Source: Macrostomum hystrix
Taxonomy: Eukaryota; Animalia; Platyhelminthes
Length of the DNA: 64,000 nucleotides
Assembly (NCBI GenBank): GCA_950097015.1
Contig: CATNEN010000029.1
Span: 6,820,001 to 6,884,000, forward strand
Direction: 5' to 3'
The position numbers and the translations under genes were made by a program. The notes under the pieces are model-generated. The model was not told the DNA's origin, searched no databases, and saw only the letters and a program-made list of their open reading frames with translations. Of the stretch, positions 1-11,100 are shown piece after piece. Position 1 is the first letter of the stretch, and the number at the start of each line of letters is the position of its first letter.

Positions 1-420
1 TGCTCAATCAGATTGTCTACTTTTCTTTAGAATCTGCTCAATCAGATTGTCTACTTTTCTAAAGAATCTGCTCAATCAGATTTTCTACTTTTCTTTAGAA
101 TCTGCTCAATCAGATTGTCTACTTTTCTAAAGAATCTGCTCAATCAGATTGTCTACTTTTTTTTAGAATCTGCTCAATCAGATTGTCTACTTCTTTATAG
201 AATCTGCTCAATCAGATTGTCTACTTTTCTTTAGAATCTGCTCAATCAGATTGTCTACTTTTCTAAAGAATCTGCTCAATCAGATTGTCTACTTTTCTAA
301 AGAATCTGCTCAATCAGATTGTCTACTTTTCTAAAGAATCTGCTCAATCAGATTGTCTACTTTTCGATAGAATCTGCTCAATCAGATTGTCTACTTTTCT
401 ATAGACTCTGCTCACTCAGA
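1..420. repeat. 34-bp tandem minisatellite (TGCTCAATCAGATTGTCTACTTTTCT(T/A)AGAATC), about 12 copies, in a Rab intron
   Basis: Unit recurs at 1, 35, 69 and onward, and decays into unique sequence near 400-430. Confidence 0.95.
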
Positions 421-478
421 CTGTCATTTTTATGTTCTATATCAACTTGAAGAGCTATTGCTTTAAACTGAATTGTAG

Positions 479-2756
479 GAGTCGACTTCAGAAGAAAGAA
501 GTTTATAATACACAACAGAGGCATTGAACTAGAAATCTGGTCAGTGAGAACTATGATAATGTTATGTGACTATAGACTTTTTTTTAATGTATTCTCCTAA
601 ATGTTAGGGACACAGCTGGTCAAGAGAAGTTTCGGACCATAACTTCATTTCAATATCGAAACGCGAGGGTAAGGATCTGGACTTATGTACGTGTTTGTTA
701 TGAATCGAAATGAAATAAAGTGTAGCATGAGATTGCGTTAATTGAATTCAGGGCATCCTGCTAGTCTACGATATCACCAATCGACTGTCATTTGAACGAA
801 TGCGCAACTACTGGCTAAGAAGCATAAGCGAGGCAAGTTAAATTTATTTGGAATTAGATATTTTAGCATTGCTACTTACGCACAGTCAGTAGTTTAGTGC
901 GCGCATCCAAAAGGCTAGACTTTCTGTGTTTAAATTATAAAATGAAAGGAAATTTCAGCACGCGGGAGAGGACCACCTGATTCCCGTGTTCCTGGCTGGC
1001 AACAAGCTCGACCTGGTCAATAATAGGCAGGTGTCGCACGCTGAAGGACATCAGGTAAGTCGGTTGATGCAGGAAGCGGTTGACAGACTGAAGCTTGAAT
1101 CCCCGAAGACTTCTAGTCCCATTGTTTGCCTGCCAGGGTAGTTTATTGTGAGTATAAGCGGCGTCAACCCGACTTATGTCTAGCCATACCAATCATCCAA
1201 GTTCTCCATTATTACCAGCTACAGCTAGCTGGCTTCCGTTCCGGTTTAGTTATCCCATGGATTATGCATGGAAGCACAGGGCGGTGGTTAAACATGCGGT
1301 AGAAAAAATGAGCAAACAGCTAAACAGCTCTCCGCTTCCGACTCAGTCACTTTGCGTAGAATTATGAAACTTTAGTACTCTTCGTTTTTTCTTAGTACAC
1401 TTTTATGATAATATATATACGCGAGAATGTTAGTTACGTGTCACCCGTTCAAAAAAACTGTAAAAGTACATCCGTTAACAGCAACTTAAGACCCGAAATT
1501 TGTTTTCTGACTTTTATATATTTTATAACCTACTTTCTCTGAAAGAACAAGTAAGCAGTAAAAGTACATCCATCACAACAACAACTTCCTCCTTTTTTAA
1601 CAGCGCATTACTTTCTTTTTTTTATCAGTACATCAGTAAGAAAGTGTACATTTATTGTACATCAATCACCTTCCATTTACGATGCGTCCAATTATACTTT
1701 TTCCATAAATGCTCATTGTAGGCGCATGTAAGCTGCAGTGCCTATGATTTCTTTGAGACCAGCTCAAAAACTGGCGAGAATGTGCAAGCCCTATTTTCTG
1801 CGCTGGCTGCCGCAATGTTCTCAACGTGGAAGGTGAGTATTGCACTGTTATGCGCTATACTGTTATACCACAGATTCTGGAAATCCTGGGATTCTGGGAA
1901 TCCTGAGGTTCCGGGAATCCAGAGATTCTGGAAATCCTGAGGTTCCGGGAATCCAGAGATTCTAGGAATCCAGAGATTCTAGGAATCCAGAGATTCTAGG
2001 AATCCAGAGATTCTAGGAATCCAGAGATTCTAGGAATCCAGAGATTCTAGGAATCCAGAGATTCTAGGAATCCAGAGATTCTAGGAATCCAGAGATTCTA
2101 GGAATCCAGAGATTCTAGGAATCCAGAGATTCTAGGAATCCAGAGATTCTAGGAATCCAGAGATTCTAGGAATCCAGAGATTCTAGGAATCCAGAGATTC
2201 TAGGAATCCAGAGATTCTAGGAATCCAGAGATTCTAGGAATCCAGAGATTCTAGGAATCCTGAGATTCTAGGAATCCAGAGATTCTCGGAATACAGAGAT
2301 GCTAGGAATACAGAGATGCTAGGAATACAGATACAGTCTCATTTCTCCGCTGTCTCATCTCTTCGCTACCTCATCTCTTCCCTGTCTCATCTCCCCCTGT
2401 CTCCTCTCTCCTGTCTCATCTCTCCCCTGTCTCATCTCTCCCGTGTCTCATCTCTCCCCTGTCTCATCTTTTGTGGTTCTCTCCGTGGCCCGCACACTAA
2501 TAAGTTTGCCGAACCTGCAGTCTAGCCTAACCTTTTTAGGTGTAGTTTCTTACAAATGTCGGCTAGCACTTTAGAAGTTAATGGAAGATTTTGCTAGTAG
2601 GAGTCGAGACTTCCATGCAATCTTCTATTATTTCCTGCAGCCCCTGCTTTGCGCACCGCCCGTGGCAATCGATGGCGTCTGTGTCGACTCGCGGGCAGCT
2701 GGGCCGGCGGCAACTGCCGTTATCGTTGCCGGGAAGAAGAAAAAAATAAGGAAACA

Positions 2757-2791
<35 letters not shown>

Positions 2792-2895
2792 GGGTGCAGC
2801 ATGCGCCAGTGGATCGCAGCGTCAGCTTTCAGCTGCACAATCTGGCGCCTCCTGTTAGCCCGCCGGAGAAATCCGCTTGCTGTAAAACCGGCTGA
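479..2895 (+). CDS. Rab-family small GTPase (Rab8/10/12/15-like), 5' end outside the window
   Basis: Exons 479-539, 608-668, 752-832, 959-1054, 1722-1832 and 2641-2895 join in phase. The product reads [77 protein letters not shown], showing G2-G5 motifs and a C-terminal CC prenylation motif. Intron 833-958 has a GC donor. Confidence 0.92.
1871..2335. repeat. 17-bp minisatellite (GATTCTAGGAATCCAGA)n in the last Rab intron
   Basis: Near-perfect tandem copies at 1960-2280 with degenerate edges. Confidence 0.95.
2337..2517 (+). mobile_element. Right-end fragment of a hAT-Charlie-like MITE with internal (GTCTCATCTCTCCCCT)n
   Basis: Ends GGCCCGCACACTAATAAGTTTGCCGAACCTG, matching the right end of the complete copy at 38238-38575. 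It carries the same internal repeat, and no left TIR is seen. Confidence 0.7.
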
Positions 2896-3045
2896 CGCTT
2901 GTTATCTACTGTCCATGGACTAGGGAAGTCGTCACACCCACCCTGATTTCTCAACCAGCTGATACTGGTAACCAATTTACAGCAGGACGAACTGCATAAG
3001 TTGGGTATTAAGTAGTCTTCAAGGTTTTATATTATTAGCTTACAG

Positions 3046-3255
3046 AGGTTGTAGCCAAGGGTTTAGAGCGTCGGACACACGACTTGAAGGTCGGGGGTTC
3101 GATTTCTGATCCCACTGAGTCCTTTAACAAGACACTTAACTGTACTTTGCTTCAGTTCACCCAGCTGTTAAATGGGTTATCAGCATTAGCCTGGGTAATT
3201 GAGGATAGGTGTGGCGTCCCCCCCCAGTCCATGGACTGAACAGCTGTACACAGCC
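3046..3255 (+). mobile_element. tRNA-derived SINE
   Basis: A-box-like GTAGCCAAGGG and B-box-like GGTTCGATT, followed by body GTCCTTTAACAAGACACTTAAC...CACCCAGCTGTTAAATGGGT. A homologous copy lies at 38215-38755. Confidence 0.7.
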
Positions 3256-3324
3256 TTCAGATGCGCCGCGCAATAGCTGCGGCTGTGCTGTCAGCTGCAC
3301 AATTGTCCCAATGGAGGCAGGTGC

Positions 3325-3400
3325 AATTAGTTTAGGCTGAGAATCGAACTACCGACCTCACACTCAGAAGTTTGATGCTGTAACCACTAGGCTTACAAGC
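3325..3400 (-). mobile_element. tRNA-derived SINE head (second family)
   Basis: Reverse complement reads AGCCTAGTGGTTACAGC...GTAGTTCGATTCTCAGCC, similar to the head at 47185. Confidence 0.55.
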
Positions 3401-3549
3401 TTGCAAGATAGTACTCGTATTAGAAATTCCTAAATTTCTGTCGATTCTGTTGATTTCCACACCTTTTAAACAGTCCCTGAGTTTATAGATTTGTACTTGT
3501 TCTAATTATTTGCAGATTCATAGAATTTACTGATTTAAATAATCGGCTG

Positions 3550-4300
3550 ATTCCTAGACTTCACCGATTCCTAGAATCCACTGATTCCTAGAATCCACCG
3601 ATTCCTAGAATTCACCGATTCCTAGAATTCACCGATTCCTAGAATCCACTGATTCCTAGAATCCACCGATTCCTAGAATTCACCGATTCCTAGAATCCAC
3701 CGATTCCTAGAATCCACCGATTCCTAGAATCCACCGATTCCTAGAATCCACCGATTCCTAGAATTCACCGATTCCTAGAATCCACCGATTCCTAGAATTC
3801 ACCGATTCCTAGAATCCACGGATTCCCAGAATTCACCGATTCCTAGAATCCACCGATTCCTAGAATTCACCGATTCCTAGAATCCACGGATTCCTAGACT
3901 TCACAGTTTCCTAGAATCCACCGATTCCAAGAATCCACGGATTCCTAGAATTCACCGATTCCTTGGACTCACAGATTCCTTGGACTCACAGATTCCTTGG
4001 ACTCACAGATTCCTTGGACTCACAGATTCCTTGGACTCACAGATTCCCTGGATTCACAGATTCCTTGGACTCACAGATTCCTTGGACTCACAGATTCCCT
4101 GGATTCACAGATTCCTTGGACTCACAGATTCCTTGGACTCACAGATTCCTTGGATTCACAGATTCCTTGGACTCACAGATTCCTTGGACTCGCAGATTCC
4201 TTGGATTCACAGATTCCTTGGATTCACAGATTCCTTGGACTCACAGATTCCTTGGACTCACAGATTCCTTGGATTTACAGTTTCCTAGAATCCACAGATT
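3550..4300. repeat. Two adjoining 17-bp minisatellites: (GATTCCTAGAATCCACC)n to about 3960, then (GATTCCTTGGACTCACA)n
   Basis: Direct reading; the unit switches abruptly at about 3960. Confidence 0.95.
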
Positions 4301-5002
4301 CTTTTAATTTACGTCTAATACGCTCGTAACCTACGTCGATCGGTATTTCAGATATTTTGTGTATTGTGTAGTTAATGTATTACATGTATGTTTTTAGTTG
4401 TATTTTGTCTTAATCATACTTATCATGTGCTCTTCCCTGCATTGTTCTGATTTAAATTACATAGGTTTGTGATATTTTAATCCTCTCAACGGCTTTTAAA
4501 TGTAATTAAAAAACGAATTTCTATTTCATTGTTTTGGTACTTATGATGAGCAAAGGAATCTTTGTAATCTAGCTTATAAATAAACTACTCACTAGTAGTC
4601 TGTTTGCGAATGTAAAAAAACACCCATAGAATATTTTAGCCTAATGACACACCGCTCAAAGGCACTCGGAAGACACTCGAGCATTCGGTCCTCGCGAATT
4701 TATATTTCAGTCTTCTCTCTATGCTCCGCTGAGATGTAAAAAATCCACCAGAGCAGAAAATGAACCAACCCCCCCTGTCTAGTCGCGCTTGTCTTCGCAC
4801 CATGTGTAGCTCATTGAATATTTCAGTTTGAGCAGTGGTCTGCTCAACTAACATCTCTGCCGCACAGTCCTGTCTCTTCTTATTTAGGCCCTTAAATGTG
4901 CTCCTAGCCCATTGTACTCAGCCTGCAACCATCTGCTCTCTCTCTTTCTCTCTCTTCCTTACCCAGTTTTCTCTTTGGTAGAGCTCGCCAAACTGCTTGG
5001 CT

Positions 5003-5017
5003 GTTGTCATTGGTTAC
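5003..5017. promoter_or_regulatory. Putative RFX X-box upstream of the SAXO-like gene
   Basis: GTTGTCATTGGTTAC (reverse complement GTAACC-AAT-GACAAC) has one mismatch to GTNRCC(N0-3)RGYAAC and lies about 160 bp upstream of the ATG of a ciliary-type gene. Confidence 0.5.
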
Positions 5018-5175
5018 CGCCTAGGCAGTGAGAGAGAGCCTTCACGCGTTCGCTATCTTTAATAACTGGCTAGTCGGCAGGCTCGCGTCAGTTTGAGTGC
5101 CAATTTGATAATTCTGGAAAAAAGTCTATATAATTTAGCTCGATTTATCGACATCGATTCTCAATAAATAAAACA

Positions 5176-8100
5176 ATGGCCGCAGCAGCAGCGGCACCCG
5201 GCAGCCTGCCAGTGTCGCGCGGCTCAGTCATCGACTCGGAGCTGGAGGCGCTGATGCGCGCTCATCCGGAGCGCACTAGGGAGCTTCTGTACGGCCTGTA
5301 CAACATCCCGACTCCGGGCATGGGCCACGGAGCCGAGGAGCCGTCCGCCGCCTCAGCTGCCGCGGGTCCCAAGGGCAGCCTGGGTAGGTCGCACTACCAG
5401 GAGACTTACATCCCCAAGGAGCTGCGCAAGCGATCGAGCAAGCGACCGCCGCCGGCTGGTCCGGCTGTTTCCATGGCAACGGACGCCGGCGGTAGGCGGA
5501 TACAGGTGATGAGCTTCGACACCTCGCAGAGGGCGGACTTCGTGCCGAAGGATTTGAAAGCGGCGCGCAACGATCCGTTGAAGAAGAAGGGAGGAGACAG
5601 CGGAGCGGGGGACGGCGAAGCCTCCTGGGTGTGGAAGGATCAGATGGGCGAGAAGCGCGCCACCGTGTACCAGGTAGGAGTTTCAGGCTGCCTGGGCTGA
5701 GCTGTGTCAGGTGTTTGTATCTTGGCTGAGCTGTGTCAGGTGTTTGTATCTTGGCTGAGCTGTGTCAGGTGTTTGTATCTTGGCTGAGCTGTGTCAGGTG
5801 TTTGTATCTTGGCTGAGCTGTGTCAGGTGTTTGTGCCTTGGCTGAGCTGTGTCAGGTGTTTGTATCTTGGCTGAGCTGTGTCAGGTGTTTGTGCCTGGGC
5901 TGAGCTGTGTCAGGTGTTTGTATCTTGGCTGAGCTGTGTCAGGTGTTTGTATCTTGGCTGAGCTGTGTCAGGTGTTTGTGCCTTGGCTGAGCTGTGTCAG
6001 GTGTTTGTATCTTGGCTGAGCTGTGTCAGGTGTTTGTGCCTTGGCTGAGCTGTGTCAGGTGTTTGTGCCTTGGCTGAGCTGTGTCAGATGTTTGTGTCTG
6101 ATCTGAGCTGTGTCAGGTGTTTGTGTCTTGGCTGAGCTGTGTCAGGTGTTTGTGTCTTGGCTGAGCTGTGTCAGGTGTTTGTGTCTTGGCTGAGCTGTGT
6201 CAGGTGTTTGTGTCTTGGCTGAGCTGTGTCAGGTGTTTGTGTCTTGGCTGAGCTGTGTCAGGTGTTTGTGTCTTGGCTGAGCTGTGTCAGGTGTTTGTAT
6301 CTTGGCTGAGCTGTGTCAGGTGTTTGTGTCTGATCTGAGCTGTGTCAGGTGTTTGTGTCTTGGCTGAGCTGTGTCAGGTGAGCCTGTCAAGCGTCTAGAC
6401 TGAATTCCTATTCTCACCTGAACGCCCGCCCAGGACGAGTACAAAGAGAGGCCGCTGGGCCAGCTGGAGCGTCCAAAGCCGGACGGAGGCGGCAAAGGCG
6501 GGCGGGTGCTGGTGACGAACGGCCAGTTTCACGGCCAGACAACCAGCATGGCCGACTACAAGGGCTTGAGCAGCGGCAGGAATCCGATTCGCTACGGCGA
6601 GATGCCGGAGTTCCTTGGCTCAGTGCTGAATCCCGGCAATTCTAGGGAGCTGCAGACGGTCAACCAGTCCACCTATACAGGTGAGGCGAACTCGGAAAAC
6701 CCTGGATCAACCGTTTTTTTATCGATAAGCAAGTCATTGATTTTCGTTTTCTACCCCTTCTCACGCATTTCCAACCTTGGCAGGTCCTCGCGGTGTGCCC
6801 GCCCAGCCAGCGGTGCCAGCCATCGGAAATCTGTCCCTGGACGGTGAGCGGGACTTCACCACCGTCAACCGGGACACGTACAAGCCGATGCCGCCTGGAG
6901 TCCGGAGGCCGCCACCGGCTCGCCTCAGCAACGAGTCAATTCTAGAGCGGAAGCTGCCGATGCACTCTGAGACTCAGACGAAGGCAGACTTTAAAGGTCA
7001 CGACGCCAGACAGTTTAAACGATCCGAGAGGGCGCACCCGCCGGAGGCGCTGGTTGATTTGAGGTGAGATCTCCCTATTCTTGAAAGATTTTTCCCTTTC
7101 TCAAGGTGAGATTCAGAGACTTTGGATTCTCAAGGTGAGATTCAGAGACTTTGGATTCTCAAGGCGAGATTCAGAGACTTTGGATTCTCAAGGTGAGATT
7201 CAGAGACTTTGGATTCTCAAGGTGAGATTCAGAGACTTTGGATTCTCAAGGTGAGATTCAGAGACTTTGGATTCTCAAGGTGAGATTCAGAGACTTTGGA
7301 TTCTCAAGGCGAGATTCAGAGACTTTGGATTCTCAAGGTGAGATTCAGAGACTTTGGATTCTCAAGGTGAGATTCAGAGACTTTGGATTCTCAAGGTGAG
7401 ATTCAGAGACTTTGGATTCTCAAGGTGAGATTCAGAGACTTTGGATTCTCAAGGTGAGATTCAGAGACTTTGGATTCTCAAGGTGAGATTCAGAGACTTT
7501 GGATTCTCAAGGTGAGATTCAGAGACTTTGGATTCTCAAGGTGAGATTCAGAGACTTTGGATTCTCAAGGCGAGATTCAGAGACTTTGGATTCTCAAGGT
7601 GAGATTCAGAGACTTTGGATTCTCAAGGCGAGATTCAGAGACTTTGGATTCTCAAGGTGAGATTCAGAGACTTTGGATTCTCAAGGCGAGATTCAGAGAC
7701 TTTGGATTCTCAAGGCGAGATTCAGAGACTTTGGATTCTCAAGGTGAGATTCAGAGACTTTGGATTCTCAAGGCGAGATTCAGAGACTTTGGATTCTCAA
7801 GGTGAGATTCAGAGACTTTGGATTCTCAAGGTGAGATTCAGAGACTTTGGATTCTCAAGGTGAGATTCAGAGACTTTGGATTCTCAAGGTGAGATTCAGA
7901 GACTTTGGATTCTCAAGGTGAGATTCAGAGACCTTTGGATTCTCAAGGCGAGATTTCAGAGACTTTGGATTCTCAAGGTGAGCTTCAGAGACTTTGGATT
8001 CTCAAGGCGAGATTCAGAGACTTTGGATTCCTCAAGGTGGAGATTCAGAGACTTTGGATTCCCTCAAGGCGAGATCAGAGACTTTGTGATTCTCAAGGCG

Positions 8101-11100
8101 AGATTCCAGAGACTTTGGATTCTCAAGGTGAGATTCAGAAGACTTTGGGATTCTCCAAGGTGAGTATTCAGAGGACTTTGGATTCTTCAAGGTGAGATAG
8201 ATCAGAGACTTTGGATTCTCAAGGTGAGATTCAGAGACTTTGGATTTCTCAAGGTGAGGATTTCCGAGGACTTTGGATCTCCAAGGGTGAGATTCAGAGA
8301 CTATTGGATTCTCAAGGGGAGATTCAGAGACTTTGGATTCTCAAGGTGAGATTCAGCGACTTTGGATTCTCAAGGTGAGATTCAGAGACTTTGGATTCTC
8401 AAGGTGAGATTCAGAGGACTTTGGATTCTCAAGGTGAGATTCAGAGACTTTGGATTCTCAAGGTGAGATTCAGAGGACTTTGGATTCTCAAGGTGAGATT
8501 CAGAGACTTTGGATTCTCAAGGTGAGATTCAGAGACTTTGGATTCTCAAGGTGAGATTCAGAGACTTTGGATTCTCAAGGCGAGATTCAGAGACTTTGGA
8601 TTCTCAAGGTGAGATTCAGAGACTTTGGATTCTCAAGGTGAGATTCAGGGAACTTTGGATTCTCAAGGTGGAGATTCAGAGACTTTGGATTCTCAAGGTG
8701 AGATTCAGAGACTTTGGATTCTCAAGGTGAGATTCAGAGACTTGGATTCTCAAGGTGAGATTCAGAGACTTTGGATTCTCAAGGGATTCAGAGACTTTGG
8801 ATTCTAAGGTGAGGATTCAGAGACTTTTGGATTCTCAAGGTGAGATTCAGAGACTTTGGATTCTCAAGGTGAGATTCAGAGACTTTGGATTCTCAAGGTG
8901 AGATTCAGAGACTTTGGATTCTCAAGGTGAGATTCAGAGACTTTGGATTCTCAAGGTGAGATTCAGAGACTTTGGATTCTCAAGGTGAGATTCAGAGACT
9001 TTGGATTCTCAAGGTGAGATTCAGAGACTTTGGATTCTCAAGGTGAGATTCAGAGACTTTGGATTCTCAAGGTGAGATTCAGAGACTTTGGATTCTCAAG
9101 GTGAGATTCAGAGACTTTGGATTCTCAAGGTGAGATTCAGAGACTTTGGATTCTCAAGGTGAGATTCAGAGACTTTGGATTCTCAAGGTGAGATTCAGAG
9201 ACTTTGGATTCTCAAGGTGAGATTCAGAGACTTTGGATTCTCAAGGTGAGATTCAGAGACTTTGGATTCTCAAGGTGAGATTCAGAGACTTTGGATTCTC
9301 AAGGTGAGATTCAGAGACTTTGGATTCTCAAGGTGAGATTCAGAGACTTTGGATTCTCAAGGTGAGATTCAGAGACTTTGGATTCTCAAGGTGAGATTCA
9401 GAGACTTTGGATTCTCAAGGTGAGATTCAGAGACTTTGGATTCTCAAGGTGAGATTCAGAGACTTTGGATTCTCAAGGTGAGATTCAGAGACTTTGGATT
9501 CTCAAGGTGAGATTCAGAGACTTTGGATTCTCAAGGTGAGATTCAGAGACTTTGGATTCTCAAGGTGAGATTCAGAGACTTTGGATTCTCAAGGTGAGAT
9601 TCAGAGACTTTGGATTCTCAAGGTGAGATTCAGAGACTTTGGATTCTCAAGGTGAGATTCAGAGACTTTGGATTCTCAAGGTGAGATTCAGAGACTTTGG
9701 ATTCTCAAGGTGAGATTCAGAGACTTTGGATTCTCAAGGTGAGATTCAGAGACTTTGGATTCTCAAGGTGAGATTCAGAGACTTTGGATTCTCAAGGTGA
9801 GATTCAGAGACTTTGGATTCTCAAGGTGAGATTCAGAGACTTTGGATTCTCAAGGTGAGATTCAGAGACTTTGGATTCTCAAGGTGAGATTCAGAGACTT
9901 TGGATTCTCAAGGTGAGATTCAGAGACTTTGGATTCTCAAGGTGAGATTCAGAGACTTTGGATTCTCAAGGTGAGATTCAGAGACTTTGGATTCTCAAGG
10001 TGAGATTCAGAGACTTTGGATTCTCAAGGGAGATCAGAGACTTTGGATTCTCAAGGTGAGATTCAGAGACTTTGGATTCTCAAGGTGAGATTCAGAGACT
10101 TTGGATTCTCAAGGTGAGATTCAGAGACTTTGGATTCTCAAGGTGAGATTCAGAGACTTTGGATTCTCAAGGTGAGATTCAGAGACTTTGGATTCTCAAG
10201 GTGAGATTCAGAGACTTTGGATTCTCAAGGTGAGATTCAGAGACTTTGGATTCTCAAGGTGAGATTCAGAGACTTTGGATTCTCAAGGTGAGATTCAGAG
10301 ACTTTGGATTCTCAAGGTGAGATTCAGAGACTTTGGATTCTCAAGGTGAGATTCAGAGACTTTGGATTCTCAAGGTGAGATTCAGAGACTTTGGATTCTC
10401 AAGGTGAGATTCAGAGACTTTGGATTCTCAAGGTGAGATTCAAGGCGGAGATTCAGGACTTTGGATTCTCAAGGTGAGATTCAGAGACTTTGGATTCTCA
10501 AGGTGAGATTCAGAGACTTTGGATTCTCAAGGTGAGATTCAGAGACTTTGGATTCTCAAGGTGGATTCAGAGACTTTGGAGTCTCAAGGTGAGATTCAGA
10601 GACTTTGGATTCTCAAGGTGAGATTCAGAGACTTTGGATCTCAAGGTGAGATTTCAGAGACTTTGGATTCTCAGGTGAGATTCTAGACTTTGGATTCTCA
10701 AGGTGAGATTCAGAGACTTTGGATTCTCAAGGTGAGATTCAGAGACTTTGGATTCTCAAGGTGAGATTCAGAGACTTTGGATTCTCAAGGTGAGATTCAG
10801 GAGACTTTGGATTCCTCAGGTGAGATTCAGAGACTTTGGATTCTCAAGGCGAGATTCAGAGACTTTGGATTCTCAGGTGAGATTCAGAGACTTTGGATTC
10901 TCAAGGTGAGATTCAGGAGACTTTGGATTCTCAAGGTGAGATTCAGAGACTTTGGATTCTCAAGGTGAGATTCAGAGACTTTGGATTCTCAAGGTGAGAT
11001 TCAGAGACTTTGGATTCTCAAGGTGAGATTCAGAGACTTTGGATTACTCAAGGTAAGATTCAGAGACTTTGGATTCTCAAGGTGAGATTCAGAGACTTTG

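Noticed and set aside
3046-3115. Possible tRNA genes at 3046, 3325, 38215 and 47185
   Set aside because: A and B boxes are present, but I could not build a full cloverleaf and they continue into shared SINE bodies.
7920-8830. Burst of unit divergence within the 29-bp array (also 10020-11110)
   Set aside because: Scattered single-base indels look like unpolished long-read error rather than biology.
7557-10968. ORFs such as MDSQGEIQRLWILK... in the 29-bp array
   Set aside because: Translations of an intronic repeat with alternative start codons; frames shift at indels.
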